Of a stretch of 64,000 bases of DNA, positions 1 to 12,125 are shown one piece after another. This DNA comes from Peribolospora baueri (Eukaryota): positions 124,001 through 188,000 of the forward strand of contig JAMDHS010000005.1 of NCBI GenBank assembly GCA_029717555.1, in the 5' to 3' direction. Both the position numbers and the translations under genes were made by a program. The notes beneath the pieces are model-generated. The model worked only from the letters and a program-made list of their open reading frames with translations, was not told where the DNA came from and did not search any database. The stretch's first letter is position 1. Each line of letters starts with the position of its first letter.

Positions 1-48
1 CGCAAGGATGAGTGAGCACTAACTCGCTTTCTCTTTTCATCGGTTCAG

Positions 49-457
49 AACAACGATATCGAGCAAGCAGTAGCTTGGCTTTTCGAGAACCCCGACGCCA
101 GCGACGAGCCCACTCAAGGCGCTGATAGCAACATATCGAACACCAGCGTAGTCCATGGCTCGAATGCGCTGCCTGCCAAGTACAATCTAACGGCGTTCAT
201 CAATCACAAGGGCCCTTCCGTCCATTCGTGAGTCCGTTCACCGTGGTGTTACCATCTCCCTCGTGCAAGGGCTCACCACGCCTTCCTCCGTCTCGCTCAG
301 AGGTCATTACGTGGCAACCATCAAGAAGAACCTTCCGAGCGAGGGTGCCGTTGCATCTCAGCAATGGGTCTTCTTCAACGATGAGAAGGTGGGAAAGGGG
401 GGAGACAACCTCGCCCCGTTCTCATACGTTTACATGTTCACGAAGGATACCTTGTAG
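49..457 (+). CDS. UBP14: Ubiquitin carboxyl-terminal hydrolase 14 (USP5/13 family), 3' end only
   Basis: Exon 49-227 (NNDIEQAVAWLFENP, end of UBA domain; YNLTAFINHKGPSVHS), intron 228-300 (GTGAGT..CAG), exon 301-457 (GHYVATIKK..WVFFNDEKV..YVYMF). This is the USP His-box. The gene starts upstream of the window. Confidence 0.92.
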
Positions 458-1137
458 AGTAAGCACATAGAGTAGGCACGCTGATCAGTCGTACAGAACA
501 ACTAGGGGTCACGTGAAAGAACGCGAATCGAGCCAATCGCGATCATGATTTATGGGCATAAATGTGGCCAATTATTTCGTGAGGAACATGCGAAGGTCAA
601 TGGTAGTAGGCAGTATCACGCGGGAGTGAGCCAGCCTAGCCAGTCCCTGAGAATTTTACATATTCGCATTCGCTTCAGTTCTGCTAATATATAGTCGCGA
701 CGACATAGACAACATACATGAGTCGCCTTGCATAATTTTTTTTCAAGGTCTACCATGGCGTCAGCGACATTCATAAATGTTACCAAAAAAAAGGCAGATG
801 GTGGAAGGTGACTTCAGCCAAAAAGAAAATCCTTCATACCAGTGCAACAGTTTGAAAAAAAAAAGTTCACCTACGAAATGTTTTTTGAGCCTTGCGAGAC
901 TCAAGGTCTCCTTGTGTTTATGGTTCGGGCGTTGACTAGGAAGCTTCTTTTTCTTAGGTGAGGGTGGGGTGAAAGAAACGTAGCCATAGGCGCATGCTCT
1001 ACATTATATGAACTTGACGCATGACTTTACTACTCTTCGTTACTGCCAAGCTGTCATCACCAAACCAGTTCATCCTTAGTTGGTTTACTTACAGGAGGGG
1101 CAATGGTCGATCCTCCTCCCCTTCAACATTACATCTA

Positions 1138-2686
1138 CTACTGTACTGACATGGGTTACCGGGCAGGGTTGAATGCAGGACGATGAGGACATAAGCTTTT
1201 GAGCAAAGAACAGGGAGCGCCGGACATCGATAAGAAACAAGGTTACCAGGAACCCACGGGGAACTCACCAAATCGCCCCCGTCCCTCCCGATTGGAGCAT
1301 CGTCATCCCGCTCGCTGGACTTGCCGTGAGGATCCAGGCCGAGATACTCAGCAACAAAAACTCGAAGGATGAGAGCCCATGCGTGCATTGTTTTGAAGTC
1401 CAAGGCGGAGGCGTTGTCCTGTATACATGACAGACAAGCATTAGCTTTTCGTTGAAGGCCATAGCAGCTCTTTTCAGACAGCTTGTCACCCACCGACAAC
1501 ATGTGCCAAACTGTTGGGAAAGGAAACGGAATAAGGTGCAAGATAGGAACGCCGCGATGAACGAAAGGGAGATGGTCGTCTTCGATGCTTGCGGAGACGT
1601 AGTAGTCACTCGACTTGCGAGCCTCGAAGAAAGATCTGTGCGTTCTCCGTTCAGGCTCCTGCACGAGAGCCTCGTCGTTCCCCTCGCGTGCTAACTTCGG
1701 GGGCTCCAGAAGTGCTGCCTTCTCAAGTCTGGCTTCTGCGCCGACAAGCTCGTCGAATAGCCACCCCGTGGCTTGATAATAGTTGTGTATATGCGGGTCG
1801 GGGGCGCCCAATAGGTCTAGAAGAACCAAATGATCAATGGTTGATAGCACTGAGACGGGGCTTGAAGGGGAGACGTATCGTCTGGGCGACAGATCTCTGA
1901 TCCGATGACGGTCAGGAGTGATGAAGGTTTTGGCCCATCGCTCGGCAAGATGGCTGTCGCAACCGAGAAACGAGATTCAGACCTATCTGAGTCACCTCAG
2001 GTGCATATATGCTAAAAGAAAAATGGGCCCACGCACCGGGCTCCGTAGATGGAGTCTTTTGCCGTCCATCTCTCGAAAGCCTCCTCTCCATCGAAGAAGA
2101 TGATCTGCAACGACGTGTGGCCTTGTCTTGAACTGTCATCTCCAGCCCAGCGTCGGCGCTCGAGCTTGTCGATGGCGGCGGCCACGTCCATGAGTATGGC
2201 ACATGGAGCTGCAGAGTCGGTTGCGCCGACGAAATCCTGACCACGGAAGTACTTCGAGTCGTAGTGGGCGGCGAGGACGAGGCGGCGCGGCGCTTCGGGG
2301 TCCTTGGTGAAAACAAGGTTGACGAACTCCTTCTCTCCTATCGGTGTGGAGTCACGGAACTTGTCTTCCTCCAAGTGCCACTGCAGAGGCGACTTGGTAA
2401 AATAGTCGATGAGATATTGGCGTACGACCGTGTTGTTCTTCGTTCCGGACACCCGAGGGATGAGAATGCGAGAGAGATGAGAAGAAGGTGAATTAGGGTC
2501 GAGTGCCGGTGCAGTGTCTGACAGGCGAGCAAGCAATTCTAATGACGTTTCAGTCAAGTGCTTCCAATACCGAGCTTGCGGGCGTGTCGGCCAGTGCACA
2601 TCATCCCGGTCTACCGACCAAGCGGCAACGAGCAGACAAGTCACACTGGCTGCTAGAAGGAGCCCGACGAGACGCCAGACGATCAT
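1138..2686 (-). CDS. Glutaminyl-peptide cyclotransferase / peptidase M28 family protein
   Basis: Hydrophobic N-terminus and motifs LAAHYDSK, FVGATDSAAPCA, FFDGEEAF, DSIYGARHLA, LLDLLG, IEDDHLPF, FPTVWH across 3-4 exons. The 3' end is ambiguous (stop at 1138 or 1089 depending on the last splice). Confidence 0.9.
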
Positions 2687-2707
2687 CCCGGGCGCTTCGG
2701 AAAGAGC

Positions 2708-3145
2708 GCTTCCCCGCCTTCAGCTGCAAGTGCTGGCGAACTGTCGGCGAAGAGCGAAGCGTCAAGGCGGAAAGAAGGACAGGACGTGCTGGCACCGCTT
2801 GTTGCTCGCTGAGAGCTGCAAGTCCTGGCGAACTGTCGGCGAAGTGTCAAGGCGGAAAGAAGGACAGGATGTGCTGGCAAGGGCGCGAAAGGACAAGTTT
2901 GATGAGGAGATTGAGAGGTTATTCCCGGACTATCAGCGAATCAAGATGGCTCGGAAGATCCAGCTCACGAGGGAGGAGAGACGGACTGCTCTGGAGAAAT
3001 ATGAGCAGTCCGCGTTGCTTGTTGGCTCGTTAAATGCTCACAGCAAGGGCTGCTTCCCCGCCTTCAGGGCTGCAAGTGCTGGTGAACTGTCGGCGAAGCG
3101 TCAAAGCGGAAAGAAGGATAGGACGTGCTGGCTCGTTAAATGCTC
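2708..3145. repeat. Three imperfect ~70-bp direct repeats plus shorter sub-repeats
   Basis: Core GCTGCAAGT(G/C)CTGG(C/T)GAACTGTCGGCGAAG..GTCAA(G)GCGGAAAGAAGGA(C/T)AGGA(C/T)GTGCTGGC at ~2723-2793, ~2815-2878 and ~3069-3132. GGCTCGTTAAATGCTC occurs at 3024 and 3130. Confidence 0.95.
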
Positions 3146-3267
3146 CCAGCCACCAGGTGACGAACTGCTGCGGCGGCTGCGGCCGCCGATCACCAGCGGC
3201 GATGGCTTGAGACAATTACCCGCCCGCCTGTAGCGGCGTAGGGGTGCACGCCCCCACACGCAGGGGT

Positions 3268-3308
3268 CACGTGCAGCTTTCGCCGAGGCACGTGCCCCTA
3301 GTCACGTG
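3268..3308. promoter_or_regulatory. Cluster of three CACGTG E-boxes upstream of NPR2
   Basis: CACGTG at 3268, 3289 and 3303 (two as GTCACGTG), ~215-250 bp before the NPR2 ATG. Confidence 0.5.
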
Positions 3309-3520
3309 TAGGTTAGCTCTGCCGTACTCCGCCGCGCCCGGGTTGTCCCCTCGGAATACACTGAGCCTCTTAAGTCGTTACACCGTCGTCGCGAACTGTG
3401 CCGAGTGCTCTCCATCACCACTGTCATTTGCCTCCCACGCAACCAGCGAGGACCAAATTCAACGCCACGAACGAATGTCAGCCGTCCCGTCGTTGCGATA
3501 GCAGCGGCATCCGGCGGAAG

Positions 3521-5883
3521 ATGGCAGCGGCCGCAACCGACGATGATTTCCTGCCTCGACTTCTTGCAGTCTTCTACGCTAGCTTTCACCCCACCCAGGG
3601 TCCCAAGGTCGACTTTCAAGTCCCCGAAGGGTCGATCACTCCCCAGACTGCGCCTTCCAACGAGTCCACACGTTCAATCACTACGTCTCGCGCTAGCTCC
3701 GTCACGAAGCATCAGTCAGCTTCACGGTCTCGTTCACGGCCGCCCTCGCGCTCGAGCGGGAGAGGTGCAGAAAGTGCACGAGCCGATCAGTTTAATGGAC
3801 GAGAAGACGACGATGAGCCGGACGTGGCCTTGGCATCTCCAGTAACGGTGCCACCGCCACCGCCACTTTTTGATTTCGACTCTGTATCGGAGTACATCAT
3901 TCCAAGGAAGCAGATGTGTGGTCGTCTCGTCGCTTGCACCACGCGCAAGTTCAAGATACTTGGCTTCCCTGTTCTACTCGAGGACGACAAGAAGTACCGC
4001 AGAAACGTGTTCATCTTCAACCTCTGCTTCGTTTTTGACCGGCGGGCAGACCTGGTGAGCTATGAGCCCATCGTCCGAAAATGCGCGCGGGTCTTGAAGG
4101 CGTTGGAGGTAAGCAAGCAGCCCGCTTCGTCTTCACCTCTTTCGCTTGCAAAGCGCCAGTCTCACCATCACGTTTCTTCCCTTTGGCATGAATGTCTAGG
4201 AGGAATCATCGTTTCTCTCGGATCCGAAGACGGCGCCAAAAATGTACGGCACCATTGAGCAACTGTTTGAAGACCTCAACTCCTACTGCGAATCTTTCGT
4301 GGTCCTTCCTTCCTCGCCGGAGCTTCCAGCATTTCCCACACCTCCCTCATCTACTCAAGTCCCTGTCCAAACAGAAAAAGCATCGGCCGGTGGTGCTCAC
4401 GATGGTGCCGACTACAACGAGGATCTGTCTAGCTCCTCTCCATCTGCCTGGCACTTGGGAAGGACCGTGAACGCCCTCAATCTAAAGCTCTTCCCGTCAT
4501 ACCCTAACCCACCACCAGTCCATGACTGGCAAGTACCTATCGCTCTCATCAATCTTGAGGAGAGGGTGGATAAGAATTGGGATTTGACCATGGCCAGGGT
4601 ATGTGATATCTTATTTCCACTTTTTTTACTCTTCCGACCTGAAATGCTGACATAGGGTGGACGACTAATCTTCTCACACCCCAGATCTCGCCTTACGTTG
4701 ACGGCATCAATCATGTCAAGCGTATTTCGGAGGTGGCTGACGTGGAGAACTCTCTGACCCGTCAATGCATGGAACATCTCCTGTGAGTGCTTCTGCACTC
4801 ACTTGAAGGAGAAGGATTCTGGCAACGGGAATGCTGATGCTCCAGTTTAAAAGATATTATGGATGCATTATCATGGTCGACATCTTCCAGTTCTCCAACA
4901 TGTATGCCGTCAGACCCTTGATTTCTCGACTCGCTGAAGACGAGACCATTCGTCAGGAATGTGGAAACTACGTCACACGGCCAGGCAAGTGGTGACTCTT
5001 CCATCGTCTCTTCTCTTCTCTTCCCTTCATCTCTTCCCTGTCGCTAAATGCTCTCTTCCCGCTCCCTTGCCCTTGCCCATGACGCACGCCCCGCACAGGT
5101 TTTACGCCTCCACCATATCCGACGCTGCTAGCGCTGTACTCTTTCCTGCGTCCTGGTACTACTGTCCATGATTGGATAGAGGACCGAGGTGTCGATAGCC
5201 TAGGCATCGACGCTCGCCGCTTCATTAGTTTTGGTGTCATCAAGGGCTTACTTCGCAGAGTGCACAGGTATCCGGTCCTGTTGTCTACGCAAAGCGAGTC
5301 CGGCCTCACACGCGGAGGAGGAACGCTTGGTGGCCCTCACCCGACAGGAGACGGCCGTCATTCCCAACCCAGCGGTGGAACTGTCCCACTCGCTGACGCT
5401 GTTGCGCCCACTGCCCCTGGCGGGCCAGAAACCGCAGTCAGATCGTCCCGACACGGAGGCGCGACGATGGAGACTCACATGGACATGCGCCTACCGAGGT
5501 GGCCCTCGGCGGGGAGGAGAGATCGCGAGCACTCCGCAACATCAACGATCTTGGCGGGCGCGCAGCCTGCCGTTGGACGGCAGCATCAGCATGATATAGG
5601 CGAGTTCGGAGCACGGAAAGGCTCAGGGAAAGGCAGCTCGCAACGCTTCCAGAAACGGCAGTCTCGCCCTTATCCTTCTACCCTTCCTGGTCTGCTCGAT
5701 GGGTCCCACCATACCGACGAACTTTGCGTCCGATACGGCATCTCTCTTCCAGAGCTGGAAAGAATGCTCGCACTGATTGGTGGAGTGGACGCTTCCCAGC
5801 CGGCTAGAGGGACCGCGGAGGGTGACGGCTTTGGGGACGTCTACATACCGAATTTGGGTCAGGTTAGGATGATTCTCAGGTGA
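3521..5883 (+). CDS. NPR2: Nitrogen permease regulator 2 (GATOR1/SEACIT subunit)
   Basis: Motifs LLAVFYASFHPTQGPKVDFQVPEG, FDFDSVSEYIIP, YRRNVFIFNLCFVF, LFEDLNSYCE, LNLKLFP, WDLTM, YYGCIIMVDIFQFSNMY, IDARRFISFGVIKG, LLDGSHHTDELC. Five exons, including a GC-AG intron at 4985-5098. Confidence 0.95.
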
Positions 5884-6008
5884 TGTCCGCAATGACAGTT
5901 TCATTAAATGGGTAGAACGTGCATTGTAAGTCCGAATGCAGAGTGCGGGATGTGCGAACAGGAGAGAAACTGGAGAGGAAAATTGGATTGGGATGTCGTG
6001 CTGGGAGG

Positions 6009-9000
6009 TCATGTTGATCCACCTCGGAGCTCAATCGATGTGCTTGGAAGATCTATTGACGCGCCTTGGAGCTCGAGATCCTCTGGTTGCTGCAAAGGCT
6101 TGTAACCGTCGGTGAATGGCTGCCGCCCCCTCAGTTTGCTGACCAGCTTGCTGACAGCGTCTCCGACTGAGGCAAAGTGATATGACAGCGCAGACGTTTC
6201 TGCCGCGTTGATGTTTGCCTGGCCTTCGTGTCCGGGAAGAACACTTATATCCGGTCGCTTCCAGTACTTCAGGGTCAAGCTGCTCACCACAACGCTCACG
6301 CTGGAGAAAGCCATGGCAGCGCCGGCGGCCATTGGGTGTAAATGCCAGCCAAGCGGCAAAAAGAAGCCCATGGCCAATGGGATCCCCAGCGCGTTGTAGA
6401 TGGAGCTGAAGAAAAAGTTCAGACGGATCTGGCGGAAGATGCATCGAGAGAGATGGAGTGCGGCGACCACGTCGAGAAGATCAGATCGCATGAGGACCAT
6501 ATCGGCCGCCTCAATCGCGATGTCCGTGCCCGAAGAAAGGGCAATACCGACGTCTGCTGCGGCGAGAGCTGGAGAATCATTGACGCCGTCACCAACCTGA
6601 GACGAAGAAGGACCACGTATTTCAAGTGAGTAACAGCGGCAGAATATGCGAACGGAAGCACAACTCAACACAACTCACCATCGCGACACTGTGGCCACTG
6701 TCTTGTCGCTGCATATCCTGCACAATGGCCCGCTTGCCATTGGGACTGACACCGGCATGGACATTTTCCATTCGAATGCCCGCTTCCGCCGCAATCGCCC
6801 TTGCCGTCGCCAGCTGATCACCAGTGACGAGAGCGACTTCGATTCCCATCATGGCCAAAGCCTCGACGGTTTGTCGCGCCTCTGGCTTTAGAGCGTCCGA
6901 CAGGGAGAGCATGCAGACGACCTCATCGTCCATGGAGACGAGGATGACGGTACAGCCCTGGCGTTCTTGCTCGGATTGGAATACGGAGAGAGAGGACGCA
7001 AAAGTGGTGCGCACCGGGGCATCGTCAATAACAAATGCGGCATTTCCGATGCTGAGCGAATGTGTGCGAGCAAAAGAACTCTTTGTCGTCGAAGGAAGCG
7101 TGACTCGACAGCTGATGCCCTTGCCCGGGACGCTTTGGAAATCAGTCACGTCCGCCGGAACAGAAGAGTTGTGCTGCGCGGAGATTGTCTGACAGTGAGA
7201 CGTGACCGCCTTAGCTAGCGGATGCTCGCTTCGGGCCTCTGCCGCACCCGCCATCGAAAGAATATCACGCTTGCTCGCCCCATGGAGATATGCTGCGTCC
7301 AAGTCGTCGGGACCTAGACCACCCTCTCTCGGATCGGACCAGGCGATGGCTGCGACGGAGAGCTTGCCCATGGTCAGCGTGCCGGTCTTGTCGAAGATGA
7401 TGCGATCGATATTCCGACTCGCTTCCAGCGGGCCACCTCCCTTGATAAGAATTCCGTTCTGGGCCCCGACACCGGTGCCCACCATGACGGCCGTAGGCGT
7501 GCTGAGACCGAGCGCACACGGGCAGGCCACGACGATGACGCTGATGCAAAGCTTGAGGCAGATCATGAATTTGGAAGCACCGTGCTCGTGGAAGATGTGT
7601 GGAAGGGCAATGGACGGCAGCAAATACGCGAGGGCGAACCAGACTGCAAAGGTCAACAGGCCGAGGATGACGACGGTCGGGACAAAGTAGCCGGCGACTT
7701 TGTCGGCAAAGGCCTGGATCGGCGCCTTCGACGTCTGAGCTTCCTCCACGAGCTTGACAATTTGGCTGAGCGCCGTATCTTTGCCCGCCCGCGTGACGAC
7801 AAAATCGAAGGTGCCGGACCCGTTGACGGTGCCGCCGATTACGTTGGCCCCTGGTCGTTTAGCGATGGGCATGGCTTCGCCAGTGACCATGCTCTCGTCC
7901 ACGCTTGACTCTCCCCGCACCACTACGCCGTCCGCGGGAACTTTGTCTCCAGGGACAACTTTGACGTAATCGCCCACCTGGAGAAGTTCTGTAGGCACTT
8001 TACGTTCGGTGTTGCCAGCCTTTCCATCGGTGTATATCACGGCCATCGACGGTGTGAGCGAGATAAGCTTGGAGAGAGCTGCACTCGTTTTGCCCTTGGC
8101 GACGTTCTCGAGGTAACGGCCCATAGAGACGAAAGTAATGAGCATCGTCGAGGTGTCGAATACCGTTGCCGGCTTGCACTCGTCATCTTGGTCGGCGGAG
8201 AGGGAACATAAGAGTGCGTAGAGCATGGCGAAGGCGGAATAGAAAAATGACGCGCTGGTGCCCAATACCACTAGGACGTCCATGGTAGCGGAGCCGTGCC
8301 GAACCGACTTGAAGGCAGTTTTGTAGAAACGTTGGCCGATACCGAACTGGACGGGGATGGTGAGGCAGAGGGAGAGAAGATCACCGAGGTAGAGGCCGCG
8401 GACGAGCTGGTAGTTGACGATGTTCTTGCCGCCATACATCGGGAAGACCATTGAGATAAAGAAAACGGGAATAGCGAACATGGCGGAGCGCTGGAACGCC
8501 GTCCGCCATTCTGCTACCTCTTTGGTCTTCGTCAAAGACCGGAGCTGGGTGGTGTTGGAGTCATCGAAGAGGACGGCGTCGAAGCCAAGCTCCTCTATTC
8601 GCTCGACCAAGTCTCGAGGTCCCAGTTTGTTCTTGTCGTATCGGATGCTTGCCCGCTCTGTGGCCAGACTGACTGCTACGCTCCGCACGCCAACCATTTT
8701 GGACACTTCGCGCTCGATGGTAGACGAGCAGGAAGCGCAGGTCATACCGTAAACATTGAGAATCACCTGGTCCTCCTCAGCCTCTTCCAACTGCTGCGCG
8801 TCAAATCCGAGCTCCTCTATGCGCCCGACCAGGTCCAAGGGTTTGATTTTGCCCTTGGTATATCGGATGTCGGCGCGCTCAGTTGCCAGACTGACCGCAA
8901 CGCTGTGGACGCCGGCGAGCTTGGATATCTCACGCTCAATGGTGGACGAACAGGAAGCACAGGTCATGCCGTGGACACTGAGAACCACATGATCCTCCGC

Positions 9001-9233
9001 ATCTGCGCTCGATGGCTGTGCTTCCGAGACGATGTCGTGGGCATCCTTCAAAAGACGCGCGCGACAGCCGTACAAACACCAACAAGTGAGTCACGATCCG
9101 CGTTGCGCCCAGGCTCCACAACTGGCGTATTTCTCACCTCTGTGAGGCGTTCTTCCCCGCGCACTTTCCCGTTGTGCTCGACCTTAAAGAGACCGGCCTG
9201 AGAGTCGTGCTTCTCGACGTCGGGTTTGTTCAT
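6009..9233 (-). CDS. CCC2: Copper-transporting P1B-type ATPase
   Basis: Two GMTCASC HMA domains, TGEA, CPC, DKTGT, SEHPL, TGD, GDGVND, YN..GIP and MAFSSVSV. Introns at ~9137-9046 and ~6679-6597. Confidence 0.95.
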
Positions 9234-10017
9234 GATGACCAAATCTCTGGTGACGGCACGTTCCGCTAAGAGCCGTGAGGTTGCGATAAGAACAAATGTG
9301 GGAGAAAGTAGATGGAAAGGTGGGCGAGAGGGATCTCACTTAGAGTGGAGGAAGGGTGAAAGGAAAAGAGGACAAAGGCGAAGTGAGAACAGCTGGAGGA
9401 GGAAAGAGGAGCCTATGCGACGATATAGGGTGCCGCTGAAATACGTTCGTCCGTGTGCGGCCGTGGTCGTTGGTCGTCGTCCCAGCCGCCGCCGCCGGCG
9501 TAGAGAAGCTAAAGTGTCGCCTTTAAAAGCGAGGTCTTTCTTGAGGTGGATGGCGACAGTTGAAGTCCATCCGAGTAACGTTAGAGGCTGCCGACTTGCT
9601 TGCATGCCTCCATTGGCTGCGGTTCGGCCGACAACGATCGGTCGCGAGGACGACCGAGTAAATGTGGATACACGTGACCATTATGCCGATCCGTGCCGAC
9701 TGCCCCTGTGGCCGAACGTTCACGAACTCGTACTCCGAGACGCTCAAGCGACGCGCCTCAATCGTAGGCGCCTTTCGCTCCTCTGCCACCTCCCAACCTT
9801 GAAGCCATCTTTCTTTCGTCAGAGCCTCACAACGCGATCCAAGTTTCCATATTCCATGTATCGCAAGAAAGTGGAGATACAAGGAAACTGCCCCAATACC
9901 GCGCAGCTCGTCTGCTCAGAGGGCGCTGATCGGGTGTACGTATGCCCAATCTTCCGATGCCTAACCAATAGTCTTTGTTGAATCATGAGTGAAAAAGGAT
10001 TACAGAAGAGCAGTTGC

Positions 10018-10112
10018 GCCCTCGTCGCCTAGTGGTTATAGCGCTCGCCTAGTAAGATGCAATCGCACAATACGAGAGCGAGAGGTCACAGGTTCGAGTC
10101 CTGTCGCGGGCA
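10018..10112 (+). tRNA. tRNA-Thr(AGU) with 22-nt intron
   Basis: Acceptor stem GCCCTCG/CGCGGGC-A, D-loop AGTGGTT, anticodon stem CTCGC/GCGAG with AGT at 10051-10053, intron 10055-10076 after position 37, T-arm ACAGG-TTCGAGT-CCTGT, oligo-T at ~10125. Confidence 0.9.
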
Positions 10113-10471
10113 TTTGTTCACACATTTTTTGTGGAATACTTTTTTGCTGCATGTTGTTATGCCGCGGCCATCGCGGCGCGGGGTCGAGCAAGGTCGTTGA
10201 TGATATAATATATGCTCGCATCCATGATACTGCTGAAACTGACTTCATAATGCTGAAAAGACGCGGAAATGAAAGAGTGCGGGAGGAAGATGCGCAGCGG
10301 GTGAAGGCGGCGCGTGACTTCATTCATCACGGTATCCCATCACGCCCAGTGTTGACTAATATGAGCTCGAGCATGTAGGAAGTCGGCTCCTCGAGGCCGG
10401 GTTTACGGATATCGCCATTGATTCCTCCTCGCCAATGTCTACAGCTTCATACAAGCGGAATGTCCGCTAAA

Positions 10472-11840
10472 TTACTGAAACTCCGGGACACAGTGTTCGC
10501 CAGGGCCATAGGGCTGTCGCAGACCCGCCGAGGAAACAGCACATGAAGTAAAGGCATGGTCGTGAGCACGCTGCCGCGAGCATCAAATTGTCCGACAACG
10601 AAAGACATACCTTCTCTGTCAGCGCAGTCATACCCTTTGCGTTCTCCGACGTGTGACGTCCGTTCTGCGGGCCCGCTTTGGGCTTCTCTCCCCTTGCAAG
10701 GGCGTCCAAGATCTTGATCGTCGTTTCCGGGGTGAGATCCTCCTGCAAAGATTGAGACAAATAAGATGGCGAGGACTCGTGAGGAGTTGATAGGCATGGA
10801 AGAGATCTCAATGTGAACGTACGTAGAAGTCGTCGTTGATCTGCATCATCGGGGCTGTGTGGTCCACGCGAAAAGCATCGATAAGGTCACCGTCAGAGGA
10901 ATCATACTAGCCGAGTCGCTCCGCCGATGACATTTGCAGCTCATTGCTCACCGTTTGAGCAAGCCCCCAAGCACTCAACCTCGATGAAAGTGAACTTCTT
11001 GTCGGGAGTTGTCTGACCTGGCTGGATCTTGAGATGGCTCTGAATCGTCTCGAGAATCTTGGTCGAACCGCATCCGCCGAGCATGCAGGGCGTGGTGGTG
11101 CAGAGCTGGACAAAGTGCTTGCCAACGGGCTCCCTAAAAAAGGGAAAGAAATGCAGTGGAGACGCATAGTTCAGTCATCCGGCCGCAAAGCAACCAGCGC
11201 TCTCGAGTTCAGGCATTGGACACTAGCGCCACTCACCGGTTGAACATGGTGTAGAAAGTGGCCACCTCGTAAACCCGCATAGGGGGCATCCCAAGAAGCT
11301 TGGCAACATAGTTCATGCAGCTGATGCTTACCCAGCCGCCGTTTTGTCTCTGGGCGAGGTCGAGAACGGGAATGACGGCAGCCTTCTTGTACTGAGAAGG
11401 GTACCGGGCAATGATCTCCTGGGCTTGTTTCATCGTCTCGGCATTGAACTCAAACGGAATCTGAAGGTGAGACGACAAAATGTGGGAACAAAAATGAGGC
11501 TCAAGTTGCAGATGTTTGACAAGCAATCCCCCCGACAACTCACGTTCGGGTTGTTGTAGTCGGTGTCTCGGTGCTAACAGGAGAGCATGTAGCCACAGTG
11601 TGAGCCGAGCGGCGCCAACGCACGGATCGGGCCAAATCCAGCGTCCCTTCTGGGATGCGACTAAGGATGCGCGAATGTAAGAGATGCGCTGGCACTCACA
11701 ACGAAAAGAGCGTCAGAAGAAACCAAAGCCGAGGCCGAGAACGATCGAGCAGGGAGCGCCTGCGCGACCCGTGGCGCGGCAAGCTGCGGACGTGCGAGGC
11801 AACGGGATGCCGTCAAGACGGCAGAACGGAGAGCGGCCAT
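10472..11840 (-). CDS. NDUFV2: NADH:ubiquinone oxidoreductase 24-kDa subunit, mitochondrial
   Basis: Arg/Ala-rich presequence, then [79 protein letters not shown], ending [13 protein letters not shown]. Seven exons. Confidence 0.96.
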
Positions 11841-12125
11841 AATAGCGAACAAGGAAGAAACCCGTCGAATGGAGAGACGAGGATGAGGAGGGGAAAGGAT
11901 AGATGGCGTGGATGTGAATGTGGATGTGGAAAGATCGGTTAAACTCGTGGCGTGGGCGGCTTTCAAAGGGCCGCATCTGATTGGTCGGCCGCAGTAGCAT
12001 AGCGTTCCGATCGACGTAGTCCGGCTCCCACTTTCCTGCGCCGGAAAATCACCTTCTCTCGCTCCATGTTGAAGAGGGCGGCAGGCTGATGCTTGCCCAC
12101 GCACGGGCTCGGAGACGAGACTGAA

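Noticed and set aside
2708..3145. Repeat-spacer pattern suggestive of a CRISPR array
   Set aside because: The context is eukaryotic, the units are ~70 bp and degenerate, the gaps are very unequal (~20 and ~190 bp), and there are no cas genes.
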